The notes: generated from the letters alone by a model not told the origin. A stretch of DNA of 64,000 nucleotides from Leucothrix mucor DSM 2157 (GCF_000419525.1 NZ_ATTE01000001.1:2028655-2092654); one strand, 5' to 3'; positions 50,719 through 61,751 are shown, numbered from the stretch's first letter. Made by a program: numbers and translations.

Positions 50719-51637
50719 TAATGACCGCCTGCTGTTTATTTATTTCAGCACTATTTAATAATAAATCCTGTGCACGATTTCGCTCATTCATTAATTCAGA
50801 AAACTGCGGAATATTATCATCGCGCTCTAATAAAACGGGCTTAGTGCCCAGTGTTTTAATTGTGGTTTCTAATAATGACCAAACCGCTTCATCAACCGGT
50901 GCAGCGTGGCTATCAATCAATAATTCATCAGGGTAATTCTGGTCCACATCAAATCCTGCAATGTGAATTTCACCGACTTTCTCAGGCGCTAATGCATTTA
51001 AATAAGCGATTGGATCAAGGCCGGTATTCTGCTGGCTGAGGTAGAGGTTATTCACATCTAACAGCAAGCCTGCGCCAGTGCGCTTGAGTGCTTCCATTAG
51101 AAAATCCGCTTCATCCATATCAGATACGAAGTCTAAATAGTTGGTGGGGTTTTCTATCAAAATACTGCGGCCAATGGCTTCCTGATAACGATCAATTCCC
51201 TCGCACAAACAGGCCAGTGCCTGCTCCGTTCTGGGTAGTGGCAACAGCTCGGCAAAGTAAGCGTGCTGGCTAACTGACCAAGTTGCATGCTCTGAGACCA
51301 GTACCGGATTAAAGCATTTAACCAGACCTGCGACTTGAGCCAAGTGCCGTGTTGTCAGGGCTGAAGGCTTATCCGTGTAAGAACCTAGCGAACCACCAAC
51401 CCCATGAAAGCTAAGCGGAAAGCGTTCGGATATTGCTTGCAGGTAACGCAGCCTTGGGCCGCCATCCACAAAGTAATTTTCGGTATGCACCTCAAACCAG
51501 ACATCCGAATCGATGCTGGTTTGAGCCTGAGTATCAGCAAGGGAAAGTGCTTCGTCGTAGTGCTGGGGTTTTAAATTCACCCCAGCACCAAACAAGCGCT
51601 GCTGACCCGAATCAAATGGAGGGATTTGATTCGTCAT
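50711..51637 (-). CDS. DUF692 multinuclear non-haem iron oxidase (MNIO; MbnB/BufB-like)
   Basis: 308 aa with a TIM-barrel DUF692/UPF0276 signature (FEVHTENYF, SFHGVGGSLGS). Confidence 0.8.
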   Translation of the reverse strand: MTNQIPPFDSGQQRLFGAGVNLKPQHYDEALSLADTQAQTSIDSDVWFEVHTENYFVDGGPRLRYLQAISERFPLSFHGVGGSLGSYTDKPSALTTRHLAQVAGLVKCFNPVLVSEHATWSVSQHAYFAELLPLPRTEQALACLCEGIDRYQEAIGRSILIENPTNYLDFVSDMDEADFLMEALKRTGAGLLLDVNNLYLSQQNTGLDPIAYLNALAPEKVGEIHIAGFDVDQNYPDELLIDSHAAPVDEAVWSLLETTIKTLGTKPVLLERDDNIPQFSELMNERNRAQDLLLNSAEINKQQAVING

Positions 51638-51640
51638 GGC

Positions 51641-52012
51641 TTATGGCAGGTTGCGATCTAGTTCAGTTTTAGACGCTGGGCCTTCTGGTGTGTTGATGAA
51701 CTCGCAGCTGCCTTTGGGTGCATAAGTCCAGGCGTTTCCTTGGAAATCAACGGTTGAAGTACCCTGACAGCTAGTGCCTGCACCGGCTTTACAATCGTTC
51801 TCTGCACTCAATGCAATTCCGTAGCATTTATCTTTACGGCCTGATATTGCTGCGCCGCCAACCCAAGCATTAAAACTCTCTTTTACATTCGTTGGGGCTT
51901 CAGCCGATATTCTTAATTGATCATTGGGTTTTGCATTGGCAACAGAGCCTACTAATGCTAATGCTGCGCCGGCCATTAATGCTTTGCTAATTGAGTTACT
52001 CATAACTTCCAC
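51641..52012 (-). CDS. DUF2282 secreted Cys-containing peptide precursor (bufferin BufA-like)
   Basis: 123 aa with a signal peptide and the conserved core [43 protein letters not shown] containing four Cys. Confidence 0.75.
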   Translation of the reverse strand: MEVMSNSISKALMAGAALALVGSVANAKPNDQLRISAEAPTNVKESFNAWVGGAAISGRKDKCYGIALSAENDCKAGAGTSCQGTSTVDFQGNAWTYAPKGSCEFINTPEGPASKTELDRNLP

Positions 52013-52199
52013 CTTATAAAATTAATTAAGTTGTTTAATTCATAACATCGTTTCAATGTTGTTTCTATTTACGCGAGGCTTGTTTTTTTGGATGCTAAAT
52101 AATTTACTTTTTTTAATGTTGTATGATTTTCTGGTATCCCATGCACTACACTAAGCACTATTATCTCAATATAAAATTCACCAGTCAGGGAGAAAAATC

Positions 52200-53066
52200 A
52201 TGTCTGCAATTGATCAGTTAATACAGCCCCGCACCGAAGATCTTGGCGAGTTTTCGGTACGCCGCATGTTACCCAACGCCAAGTGCCGCGCGGTTGGTCC
52301 GTGGGTATTCTTCGATCATATGGGGCCGGCCGATTTCCCAGCAGGGCCGGGTATTAATGTGCGCCCTCATCCCCATATTAATCTGGCGACGGTCACTTAC
52401 TTATTCGAAGGTGAAATTTTGCACCGCGACTCTTTGGGCTGTGAGCAAGCCATTCGCCCCGGTGATATTAATCTGATGGTGGCAGGCAGCGGCATTGTGC
52501 ATTCTGAGCGCGAGCGCCCTGAGATGATGGAGTCCGACCGTCGCTTACACGGCTTGCAACTGTGGTTGGCATTGCCCGAGGCCGATGAGGAAACGCCACC
52601 GGAGTTTTTGCACTATCCTAGCAACGACATTCCCGCGCTCACTTTAAATGAGGTTCCAGTGCGCGTGATGCTGGGTAGTGCTTATGGCGTCACCTCGCCA
52701 GTTAAAACCTTTGCAGAAACCTTGTATGTAGAAGCCACGTTGCAAGCCGGTCAGCGCTTGTCGATTCCCGATGTGGACGAGCGTGCGGTGTATGTTGCAG
52801 GCGGAGAAGTTGAAATTAATGGTGAGTTGGTGCCGGAATTCGCACTGGCCACATTAGATACTGCGTCAGGGCTTGAAATTATTGCCAAACAGCCTAGTAG
52901 AATTGCTATAATCGGCGGTGAAAATATTGGACATCGTTATGTATGGTGGAACTTCGTTTCCAGCCGTAAGCAACGTATCGAGCAAGCAAAACAAGATTGG
53001 GCCGAAGGACGCTTCCCCCTAGTCCCCGGTGATGACGCGGAATTTATTCCACTACCCGAGAAATAA
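52200..53066 (+). CDS. Pirin family protein (bicupin)
   Basis: 288 aa with pirin N-terminal cupin metal-binding His motifs (RPHPHINLATVTY). Confidence 0.85.
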   Translation: MSAIDQLIQPRTEDLGEFSVRRMLPNAKCRAVGPWVFFDHMGPADFPAGPGINVRPHPHINLATVTYLFEGEILHRDSLGCEQAIRPGDINLMVAGSGIVHSERERPEMMESDRRLHGLQLWLALPEADEETPPEFLHYPSNDIPALTLNEVPVRVMLGSAYGVTSPVKTFAETLYVEATLQAGQRLSIPDVDERAVYVAGGEVEINGELVPEFALATLDTASGLEIIAKQPSRIAIIGGENIGHRYVWWNFVSSRKQRIEQAKQDWAEGRFPLVPGDDAEFIPLPEK

Positions 53067-53136
53067 CCCCTGCTTGATACACAGCGCATAGTTCCGATGG
53101 CCTTTTAACCGTCTTTTAGATAATCCAGGTAAAACC

Positions 53137-53457
53137 ATGAGCTTAAAAAAACAGGTTCTTAAATCACGTCCGATTTGTAAAGTCACTTTTCGGGTCAGCA
53201 AAGAAGCCGCCGATGGCGCTAAAACGATTTATGTCGTAGGCGATTTCAACCATTGGGATGAAACTGCCAGCCCGCTAAAGCGTTTAAAAAGCGGCGAATT
53301 CACCACTATGCTAGAACTGGACACCACTCGCGATGAGTATCAGTTCCGTTATCTTTATGATGGCGAAAACTGGGAAAATGAGTGGGAAGCCGACGGCTAT
53401 GCTGATAATGGCAATGGCGGCGAAAACTCGGTGGTTAAAGTCACTGCTGACGCTTAA
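53137..53457 (+). CDS. Stand-alone CBM48/AMPK-beta-like glycogen-binding domain protein
   Basis: 106 aa. The pattern TIYVVGDFNHWDE...FRYLYDGENWEN matches the carbohydrate-binding module 48 fold. Confidence 0.45.
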   Translation: MSLKKQVLKSRPICKVTFRVSKEAADGAKTIYVVGDFNHWDETASPLKRLKSGEFTTMLELDTTRDEYQFRYLYDGENWENEWEADGYADNGNGGENSVVKVTADA

Positions 53458-53518
53458 CCGCAACACGTTAGAATCTCGCATGGCATCTCAATCGGGATGC
53501 CACGCGAGGCTAATTGCT

Positions 53519-54649
53519 TTATTTCAGCTTGAGGTCTGGCGCTTTTAATAGCTCAGAAACTGCTCTAACACTGGCCTCCAGTGCCCCTTCCAAATAGCCG
53601 TTAAACCGGCTGCCATTCGGTGCCGTCTCGGTCCCTGACCAAATTAATCGCTGCGACCAACCCGCTTCGACAATCTGTTGAATGTCATTGCTTGGGTGCG
53701 AGGTCATCATTTCCTGATCTAGCGCTGTCGCGGTTAGCCGGTCTTTAGCCCAATCTTTGAAGTAGATATCCAACGGCGTTGCAGCCTGTTCACCAAATAA
53801 TCGTACCAGTTGCGCAATAGCCGCTTGCTTTAAAGCCTGCTGATCGCCGCGATGCACTGCCGGAATACCCATAAACCCAAATAACGCCGCCGGGCCATCA
53901 CCTGCCGGAGAGGCATCGTGAATTTCATGCATCGGGCCAACTTGGCTCACGCAATCACCAGAGAAGCCTTGCTCCAGCCAGAATGGGGTTTCGTAAAAGG
54001 CAAGGAGTTTGGCATGACCTGCCATCCAAGTCTGTACGCCATTGAGCACGGTAACGCGTGGTTCAGGGAGCGCTGGTGCAAAGCAAATTTGCTCAACAGC
54101 AACACGAGGCGGTGCGGCAATCACCACAGCTTCACAGTTTAGCGTGATGGGCTTGCCATCTAAGGTTACAGCGGCGCGAATGCCTGACTCTTGAGCGTCA
54201 ATATATTCAAGCTGGGTTACTAAAGCATTGAGCATGACAGTGTCAGCAGACAAGCCCTTTTCCAAGGCCGAAATCAACTGCGCATTGCCACCTCGCATAC
54301 GGTAGGAACCCGCCATGGAAATGCCCTGAATACCACGCACAATCTTGCCTTCTGCATTTTCATACACGGCATCGCCCGTTTCTTGCTGCATAAAAACGGA
54401 CTCGGTCAGGCCTAATTCCTGAACCAGATTTTCCATATGGGATTGACCAGGCCAGAACCAAGCGGGGCCCATATCGTAAGCAGGCAGGCTGTCAGTGTAG
54501 TCAGCCTGCTGCCAATTGCGTGACATAATCCGCCCGCCCAAACGAGGACGCGCTTCCAGCAGTTTGCAGTCAATGCCCTGCTGAGCCAGCGTATAAGCAG
54601 TGTGTAGGCCGCTTATGCCGCCGCCGATAATGAGTACCTTTGTGTCCAA
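53519..54649 (-). CDS. FAD-dependent amine oxidase family oxidoreductase
   Basis: 376 aa. N-terminal GxGxxG (VLIIGGGISGLHTA) followed by EARPRLGGRI, typical of flavin amine oxidases. Confidence 0.7.
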   Translation of the reverse strand: MDTKVLIIGGGISGLHTAYTLAQQGIDCKLLEARPRLGGRIMSRNWQQADYTDSLPAYDMGPAWFWPGQSHMENLVQELGLTESVFMQQETGDAVYENAEGKIVRGIQGISMAGSYRMRGGNAQLISALEKGLSADTVMLNALVTQLEYIDAQESGIRAAVTLDGKPITLNCEAVVIAAPPRVAVEQICFAPALPEPRVTVLNGVQTWMAGHAKLLAFYETPFWLEQGFSGDCVSQVGPMHEIHDASPAGDGPAALFGFMGIPAVHRGDQQALKQAAIAQLVRLFGEQAATPLDIYFKDWAKDRLTATALDQEMMTSHPSNDIQQIVEAGWSQRLIWSGTETAPNGSRFNGYLEGALEASVRAVSELLKAPDLKLK

Positions 54650-54907
54650 GCGAGCATCCTCGATTTACAGTGTGTGGCAATGGTAGCACTGTACGGGAGG
54701 ACACAAAGGATTTGAGGTTGAAATTGTTACAGTGCAGGCAACGGTGGCAGTTTCTGGCCTAACCATTTTTGTGACAACTCATCCAGCTTAGCAAAGTTGA
54801 TTAATATCAATGCTATTGAAGTACAGAAGAAGAACACTGCCGCGAAGTATCAAAACACCAGAATACCAACATCTGGTCGTCATTAATTTACTTAGAGGCA
54901 CGTACTG

Positions 54908-55768
54908 TTGAATTTACTTTTTATACTTATCTTTGTCGTCGCCATAATTATCGGCTTGGCGCTAATCGCCATCCACCTAGGCTTTCGCGCGCCCCGAAAC
55001 AAAGAACAAAGCACTCCGAAGGATATCGGCATTGAGTATCAGCAGGTACAAATTCCCACGCCCTCCGGCAAGCAGCTATTCGGCTGGCTCCTACCCAAGC
55101 CCAACTCCCATGAAACCCTCATCATCCTGCATGGCTGGGGCAGCAATGCCGAAATGATGCTGCCTATCGCCGTGCCATTTTATGAAGCCGGAATGAATGT
55201 GCTGTTATTTGATGCCAGAAGCCATGGCAAGAGTGATGCGGATACCTTTTCATCCTTACCCCGTTTTGCTGAGGATCTCGGTAGCACCATTGACTGGTTG
55301 AAACAACGCCATACAGCCGCCGAAAAAATAGCGCTGCTAGGACATTCAGTGGGTGCCGGAGCGGTATTACTGGAAGCATCGAAGCGCGATGATATTTCGG
55401 CGGTGATCAGCCTCTCGTCATTCGCCCATCCCGCGTGGGTGATGCAGCGTTATTTGCAGCACTTTCACATTCCCGCGCCATTTCGGAAAGTTGTTATGCG
55501 CTATGTGGAATGGGTGATCGGGCATCGCTTTGCCAGCTTTGCGCCGCTGGATACCGTGTGTAAAATTCAATGTCCGGCGTTACTCGTACATGGCAAAGAT
55601 GACACCACGGTAACGGTGGATGATGCGCGGGCGATTATGGAAAACTGCCCGAAGCCGCATTTAAGCCTGCTGGAAATTGATGATGCGGGACATGACTCCG
55701 TGGAGAAAATTGAGGAGCATGGCTGGGAGCTGGTGGCCTTTTTGCGTAAAGCGGGATTTGATTGTTAA
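54908..55768 (+). CDS. Alpha/beta hydrolase
   Basis: 286 aa. N-terminal TM/signal, HGWGSN oxyanion region and nucleophile elbow GHSVG. The start codon (TTG in the ORF track) is uncertain. Confidence 0.7.
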   Translation: MNLLFILIFVVAIIIGLALIAIHLGFRAPRNKEQSTPKDIGIEYQQVQIPTPSGKQLFGWLLPKPNSHETLIILHGWGSNAEMMLPIAVPFYEAGMNVLLFDARSHGKSDADTFSSLPRFAEDLGSTIDWLKQRHTAAEKIALLGHSVGAGAVLLEASKRDDISAVISLSSFAHPAWVMQRYLQHFHIPAPFRKVVMRYVEWVIGHRFASFAPLDTVCKIQCPALLVHGKDDTTVTVDDARAIMENCPKPHLSLLEIDDAGHDSVEKIEEHGWELVAFLRKAGFDC

Positions 55769-55773
55769 CACTG

Positions 55774-56916
55774 CTACGTCAAACAGCCATCCCCCATTGA
55801 AATCAGATAATTATTCTTGCCTGACTTCTTCACCTTATACATCAGCTCATCCGCCTTCATTCGCAAGCTTCTGGCAGTACTCGCGCCATAGGGATACCCC
55901 GCTGCACCAATACTAACCCCAACCCTAAGCTGAAAGCGGCCATACGTCACCGGCCGACTAATCACCTCAACCAAGCGCGCGCACAGCTTTGAAATATCGG
56001 TGATGTACTCAACCTTTTCAATTACCACCAAAAACTCATCGCCGCCGGCTCGGCAGGCTGTATCTGATGACCTGATGGTAGAAAGGATTCGCTTCGAAAC
56101 TTCCTTGAGCACCACGTCCCCCGCTTCATGACCGTAGGTATCATTAATCGCTTTGAATCCATCCAAGTCCAAAAATAGCAACGCCGATTGATGACCGCCC
56201 TTTTCAGCTGAACTAATCACAAAATCCAACCGCGCATCGGCAAGCCGAAGTGATGGCAAGCCCGTTAACGGGTCATGATTTGCTAAGTGTTCGATCTTTT
56301 GCTTTTGCTCTTCGATGATTTCATTTCGGTGCTCCAGCTCACTGAGTAAAGTGACGATTCGCTCTTGCAAGAAGGACACACTCAAACCGATCAGGCAGAA
56401 AAATATCAGCCCAGCCACCAGCACAACCACCCAAGTCGAGAGCGAGGCCATATAGTGCTTATCGCCACTGGGAACCACGCTACCGGCGTAAACAAATAAG
56501 TACATGCAATAGCCATAAACGGCCAGCACCAGCGGCAAAACAAACCAAGTCACTCGCTTATTCAGGTAAAACAATGGCAACATCAAACTAAACACGGCAG
56601 CAAATGCACCTCCACCTACCAAGCCGAATTCACTCAGTTCAACCAGCGCCTCGGCAATTCCCAGTCCCATGTAGCAGTACACTTTTGCCGTAAAAGGGAT
56701 TCGATTGCCGAGTAGCAAAATTAAAAAAACGACGGCAATAATCACGTAATCTGCGTTACATAAGTTTGGCCATGTTTCGTTATGCGTGCGAAAAACAGAG
56801 GCGGGAATCGCAATCAATACGAGTGGAAGCAGGTAAACCGCTAAACGGTTCAGCGCCTCTACTTTAAAATCTTCCAACTGCTGCTGAACATTTTTGGAGG
56901 TTTTTTTATTTTTCAT
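55774..56916 (-). CDS. Membrane sensor diguanylate cyclase (GGDEF domain)
   Basis: 380 aa. N-terminal multi-TM sensor region and a C-terminal GGDEF domain (active-site variant RAGGDEF: ACRAGGDEFLVV). Confidence 0.8.
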   Translation of the reverse strand: MKNKKTSKNVQQQLEDFKVEALNRLAVYLLPLVLIAIPASVFRTHNETWPNLCNADYVIIAVVFLILLLGNRIPFTAKVYCYMGLGIAEALVELSEFGLVGGGAFAAVFSLMLPLFYLNKRVTWFVLPLVLAVYGYCMYLFVYAGSVVPSGDKHYMASLSTWVVVLVAGLIFFCLIGLSVSFLQERIVTLLSELEHRNEIIEEQKQKIEHLANHDPLTGLPSLRLADARLDFVISSAEKGGHQSALLFLDLDGFKAINDTYGHEAGDVVLKEVSKRILSTIRSSDTACRAGGDEFLVVIEKVEYITDISKLCARLVEVISRPVTYGRFQLRVGVSIGAAGYPYGASTARSLRMKADELMYKVKKSGKNNYLISMGDGCLT

Positions 56917-57076
56917 AAGTCACGAAGTCGCCGCTAATTATTCTGCGTTAGAATTATTTCTGATGTAGCCCCGCCACTAACTTCTTAAAATGCACAGAAT
57001 TTATGCGAGTCTAAATTGATTATGAATTGATCATTGTAGACTACCATCCAGCATAATATAAAGGTTTATATGTTAA

Positions 57077-58507
57077 CTATTTAAGTGACCCCAACATCAG
57101 TTCCGGGTTTACCCATTGATCATATTGCTCAGCACTGATCACTCCGCTTAGGATGGCTTCCTCACGCAGTGTCGTACCATTTTTATGTGCTTTCTTGGCT
57201 AGCACTGCAGCTTGGTCATATCCAATTTCTGGCACAAGTGCAGTCACCAGCATGAGTGATCGATTAAGGTTGTTACTGATATTCTCCAAGCGCGGATTTA
57301 TCCCCGCAACGCAACGTGTATTAAATGACTCCACCGCATCGGTGAGTAGCTCAATGGATTGAAGCACATTGTAAGCAATCATCGGTTTGTACACGTTCAG
57401 CTCAAATTGACCTTGGCTGGCGGCAAACGCTACCGCCGCATTATTACCGTGAATATGCGCACAGACTTGAGTCAACGCTTCGCACTGTGTGGGATTCACT
57501 TTGCCCGGCATAATGGATGAGCCCGGTTCGTTTTCCGGCAATGCCAGTTCGCCTAAACCAGCACGCGGGCCAGAAGCCAGCAGTCGAATATCATTCGCAA
57601 TTTTATAACAAGCCATCGCCGCGACATGAATAGCGCCATGTACCGCCAGCACGCCATCGTGCGCTGCGAGCAAAGCAAATTTGTTGCTCGCCGTTTCAAA
57701 AGCATAACCACTGTCAGCAGCTATTTGTTGTGCGACCTGCTCTGCAAAGCCAAGGCTGGTATTCAAACCCGTACCCACAGCCGTACCACCCTGAGCGATC
57801 ATCAACAGTTCAGAGCTGCTTTGTTTAATGCGCATAATGGCCGCATCAATTTGAGCAGCATAGCCAGAAAACTCCTGACCCAGCGTTAGCGGCGTTGCAT
57901 CCTGCGCATGGGTACGACCAATCTTAATAATTGAAATCCACGTTTCCGCTTTCAGTGATAAGGTTTCCTGAAATGACTCCAGTGACGGGAGCAAATTTTG
58001 GTGTATCGCATCGACAAATGCGACATGCATCACCGTTGGAAAAGTATCGTTCGATGACTGCCCCATATTGACGTGATCATTGGGATGTACTGGATTTTTA
58101 GAGCCTAACTCGCCCTGCAAAAGCTCAATGGCTCGATTTGCAATGACCTCATTAGCATTCATATTGGTTTGCGTGCCGGAGCCCGTTTGCCAAACAACCA
58201 AAGGGAAATGATCATCAAGCTCACCATCCGCAACCTCATTGGCGGCTTGCACGATCGCATCGCCAATCGTTGAGTCTAATCCACCCAGCGCCATATTGCT
58301 CTTGGCCACAGCAGCTTTAACCAAACCAAAGGCACGAATAATGGGACGTGGCATGCGCTCATTGCCGATGGGAAAATTAAGCAAGCTGCGCTGTGTTTGT
58401 GCGCCCCAGTAGCATGATGCCTCTACATCGATTTGACCAAAACTATCGGTTTCAACTCGTACTGCCATCTTAATGCTCTCATCCGTTGATTTCGTCGACC
58501 CTAGCAA
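57077..58507 (-). CDS. fumC: Class II fumarate hydratase
   Basis: Collinear with E. coli FumC ([16 protein letters not shown], signature [16 protein letters not shown]). The likely start is the internal Met ([11 protein letters not shown]), giving about 463 aa. Confidence 0.85.
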   Translation of the reverse strand: MLGSTKSTDESIKMAVRVETDSFGQIDVEASCYWGAQTQRSLLNFPIGNERMPRPIIRAFGLVKAAVAKSNMALGGLDSTIGDAIVQAANEVADGELDDHFPLVVWQTGSGTQTNMNANEVIANRAIELLQGELGSKNPVHPNDHVNMGQSSNDTFPTVMHVAFVDAIHQNLLPSLESFQETLSLKAETWISIIKIGRTHAQDATPLTLGQEFSGYAAQIDAAIMRIKQSSSELLMIAQGGTAVGTGLNTSLGFAEQVAQQIAADSGYAFETASNKFALLAAHDGVLAVHGAIHVAAMACYKIANDIRLLASGPRAGLGELALPENEPGSSIMPGKVNPTQCEALTQVCAHIHGNNAAVAFAASQGQFELNVYKPMIAYNVLQSIELLTDAVESFNTRCVAGINPRLENISNNLNRSLMLVTALVPEIGYDQAAVLAKKAHKNGTTLREEAILSGVISAEQYDQWVNPELMLGSLK

Positions 58508-58621
58508 AAGGGGGAGGAGTATTATCCTACCCCCTTAGCATCGGAATGGTCTAATCTAAATCAATTGAATGAGAATGGCACCACCCTGTGGGGTGAACGC
58601 CATCACTTGCGGTTAACGTTT

Positions 58622-61153
58622 CTAGCCACCGACATTCACAAACACCTGAATGGCATTGGCACGGCCTTGAGCATCGCTAATGGCATACCAAAAACTATCC
58701 ATACCAGTAAAGCCAGTGCGTGGCTTGTAGTTTAGTTTGTTATTTACCGCCGCGACTGTCGCGCCATTGACCGAGTACTGGTTAACATCCAGAATGCTCA
58801 AACCAACGCCGGTATCGTTTGCCAACACATCAATCGTCAGCGCTGTGTTTAGCCCCGTGCTAACCGTCTCGCTAATAGCTACCGGATAAGGTGCTTCACC
58901 AGTCACATTAATAGTCACCTGACCACTATTTAAGCGACCTTGGAAGTCCATCAACACATACCAGAGCTTGTCCTCACCCACAAAATCTTGCTTTGGCGTG
59001 TAGACAATTTTACCCGTGACAATCGACACCCGACCACCGCGTAATGACCAAGGATTAGAGCTGGAAATACTCAAGCCCACACCCGTATCGTTAGCCAGTA
59101 CATCAATAGTCAGCTCAGTGTTCGCAGGCGTACTCACGGCATCATTCACGCCAACGGGGTATGGATTAGTATCGGCAACGGCTTTCACATTCCATAACTG
59201 AGGCAAGTGGCTTGGGATAAAGTTATAGCTGATGGCATCGGCATTGACCGCATTTTCACGACGGTCCAGCGCTTGTGACTTACAATGCTGCGGGCGGAAG
59301 TTAAACTGACCACCATTGCGGGTGAGAATCCAACGGCGGTTTTTACCTACATCGGAAGTCGCTCCGGAGATCGTACTTAAGTTAGCACAGGCCGAATTCT
59401 CAACTTCTAAGAAGCGACCGCTAAAGGTATTTTGGATGGTATAGATACGGCTGCCAAGATGCTTAATCTTCCAGCGCTGATCATCCCAAGGGCCAGCGTT
59501 AACCATGCGTGATTTGAAACTATTCCAGCTTGGTGCGGCTAAGCGTTGCTCGGTATCTGGCGCTTCTAACCAATACTCCCCATCGGCCAGTAGCGGCGCA
59601 ACAAAGGCATCCCCCACGCGGACAACTTTAGAAATACTGGGAGTGCCGGCTGCATTCATTGCAAACAGCATGTAATTGCCCGGTGGTGCCAGATTGCGGC
59701 TTGGCATTTTAACTGAGTAATTGCGCGGCGCATTCACATCAAAACTTAAGGGTACACGGCGTTGTTCGTTATTCACACTGTGCGTTGCAGAGCTGGCGCG
59801 GACTAATGACATTGAGCTGATATCTGTGTCAGTAATCACATTGATATAGCCATCGTAGGTGGCGGTAGTCGGTGCTGAGGTAATAACAGGACGCGTGGCT
59901 AAAGTGCTGCTGCCCTCATTAAACAAATATGGTGGCGAGTAAATTTCCGCATCGGGATGGTTCGTGGTACAGGTGTTACACAGGCCGCCACCGCCAACAA
60001 AAATACGTCCATCATTCAGCAAAATAGCGCTGCTGTGATAGGTGCGTGGTGTGGCCATTGCGGCTAGCTGAGTCCAGGTTTTAGTAGCAGGGTTCCACAG
60101 TTCTGGCGTAAGTACCGCATCTAAATCAGAGAAGATGATGGTCTTTTTCATGCCGCCAACCACAAACACTTCACCGTTAGGTAACACAACCGAATTATGC
60201 AGCGTGCGGGCAAAGGCCATGTTCTGCACTTCTTCAACCACTGGCGTGTCATTATTGATGTCGATAATGTGCGTTAGTTTCGTACCGGGATAGCCGCCGC
60301 CATAGGCTTCTGCGCCCCCTACTTTCAGAATTTTGCCAACATCGTACATCACGGTCGTGCCGTTCATGGAGTACGGATCATTACCGCGAGTTCCAGCGTT
60401 GACGACTTTATTCGCGCCATCCGGGTCAATCCAATGCATATTCCGACTTGGGCCTGCATGGAAAATTTTTCCGTTAGGTGCCGCCCACAGCCACGCGTGG
60501 TTATCATCACGGTACTCGCCTTGTGGCTCCTCTTCCGAACCATCGCGCACCGTGGCATCGGAGGTGATTTCAGGGTAAGCCACCCAACCGGACTCCTGCG
60601 TCCATAACTCGGCGTTCTTACCGCCAATTGGCCCACTCCATGAGCCGCCCAGCGTAAACACCGAGCCATCACCCATGGTGACATTGCCTTGGTAACCGCG
60701 AATCGTGTTCATCGCTTCACCTGCTTCCCAATTGCCGGTCGCGGGATTGTAAATACTAGTTTTGTCGTTACCCGAACCACCTGCGACTAACACGCGCCCA
60801 TCCGGCAAGTTATTAATACCCGGACAAAACATATCGTGGCCGGTATTGCTAACGAGTACCGTGGATGAGGTTTGGTTATAAGGGTCGAAAATAGAGGTAT
60901 AGGTTTTGCCCTCATTGCCGCCGAAGGCGAGTCGGTCTTTGGCTGACCACGTTAGCAAATTGCCATCGGGCAGATTGGCCACCGCCACCGGCACGATTTC
61001 CATTGGAATAACGTTAGTCCAGCTACCGCTTTGAGAGTTGGCCAGTGCATTCGCTGATATCGCCAATGGCATCAGCAGCAAAGCATGGCGTAGTAATTGT
61101 GTTTTCATAGTGTGAGTCCCTTCTTCCTTTAGGCGAGCTGATTCAATAAGCAA
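58622..61153 (-). CDS. Secreted galactose-oxidase/glyoxal-oxidase-like kelch beta-propeller protein with ricin-B-like lectin module and two tandem Ig/cadherin-like C-terminal repeats
   Basis: 843 aa with a signal peptide (MKTQLLRHALLLMPLAISANALA) and a kelch-type propeller. It also has a QxW-containing beta-trefoil segment and two about 95-aa repeats (...LTIDVLANDTGVGLSI...). Confidence 0.5.
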   Translation of the reverse strand: MLIESARLKEEGTHTMKTQLLRHALLLMPLAISANALANSQSGSWTNVIPMEIVPVAVANLPDGNLLTWSAKDRLAFGGNEGKTYTSIFDPYNQTSSTVLVSNTGHDMFCPGINNLPDGRVLVAGGSGNDKTSIYNPATGNWEAGEAMNTIRGYQGNVTMGDGSVFTLGGSWSGPIGGKNAELWTQESGWVAYPEITSDATVRDGSEEEPQGEYRDDNHAWLWAAPNGKIFHAGPSRNMHWIDPDGANKVVNAGTRGNDPYSMNGTTVMYDVGKILKVGGAEAYGGGYPGTKLTHIIDINNDTPVVEEVQNMAFARTLHNSVVLPNGEVFVVGGMKKTIIFSDLDAVLTPELWNPATKTWTQLAAMATPRTYHSSAILLNDGRIFVGGGGLCNTCTTNHPDAEIYSPPYLFNEGSSTLATRPVITSAPTTATYDGYINVITDTDISSMSLVRASSATHSVNNEQRRVPLSFDVNAPRNYSVKMPSRNLAPPGNYMLFAMNAAGTPSISKVVRVGDAFVAPLLADGEYWLEAPDTEQRLAAPSWNSFKSRMVNAGPWDDQRWKIKHLGSRIYTIQNTFSGRFLEVENSACANLSTISGATSDVGKNRRWILTRNGGQFNFRPQHCKSQALDRRENAVNADAISYNFIPSHLPQLWNVKAVADTNPYPVGVNDAVSTPANTELTIDVLANDTGVGLSISSSNPWSLRGGRVSIVTGKIVYTPKQDFVGEDKLWYVLMDFQGRLNSGQVTINVTGEAPYPVAISETVSTGLNTALTIDVLANDTGVGLSILDVNQYSVNGATVAAVNNKLNYKPRTGFTGMDSFWYAISDAQGRANAIQVFVNVGG

Positions 61154-61370
61154 CTAAATGTTGGGGGAGTAAACATTCAGCAGATTTGGTTATTGTTCAG
61201 TCATTATCAAAGACACTATCCTTGGATTGTCAGGCATGGAACAGGCACAGAGCTATAGGAGGCTATTGAGACGTGACAGACGGACGGTAGCTAAAATGAA
61301 AAGCCGCAAGCATCCACCGACCTCAACCCATTTCTGCTAGACTAAAGATTAATCACACAGGAGGCCGACT

Positions 61371-61604
61371 ATGAAAAAACTAAAAAATGAAAAAGAGATG
61401 GTTAAAAAGGCAATCGCAGAAGGCGTGAAGTATGGCGAGGCGCGTGGCGTTGTTGAATTTGAACCCACTGATTCTGCGGCGGATAAAATTGAGTATATTT
61501 ACCGTCTGTTAGTGCACGATAAAATCATTCAGCCTTTACCTAATGATCAGATTTCACAGCTTTCGATGAAGCACCGGATTGCGATTTGGGCGTCTAAGTT
61601 ATAG
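61371..61604 (+). CDS. Hypothetical small protein
   Basis: 77 aa with no recognised domain. RBS GGAGG upstream. Confidence 0.3.
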   Translation: MKKLKNEKEMVKKAIAEGVKYGEARGVVEFEPTDSAADKIEYIYRLLVHDKIIQPLPNDQISQLSMKHRIAIWASKL

Positions 61605-61715
61605 CGGCCAATCCAGAAGACAGGTATTAAATGATAGACCGTTTTTGGCTTTGTCTACAAATCTGCCAAGGCGGTCGAGCCGAAAATCGGACTAGTTTTT
61701 CAGGGATGGCGACGC

Positions 61716-61751
61716 TATAATTTGTATTGCAATGTAAGTTTAATGCAATAC
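61716..61751 (+). promoter_or_regulatory. Putative promoter (-10 TATAAT) with overlapping inverted repeat operator upstream of the antitoxin gene
   Basis: TATAAT at 61716-61721 is followed by the inverted repeat GTATTGCA-N14-TGCAATAC, a typical autoregulatory operator arrangement for type II TA loci. Confidence 0.4.
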
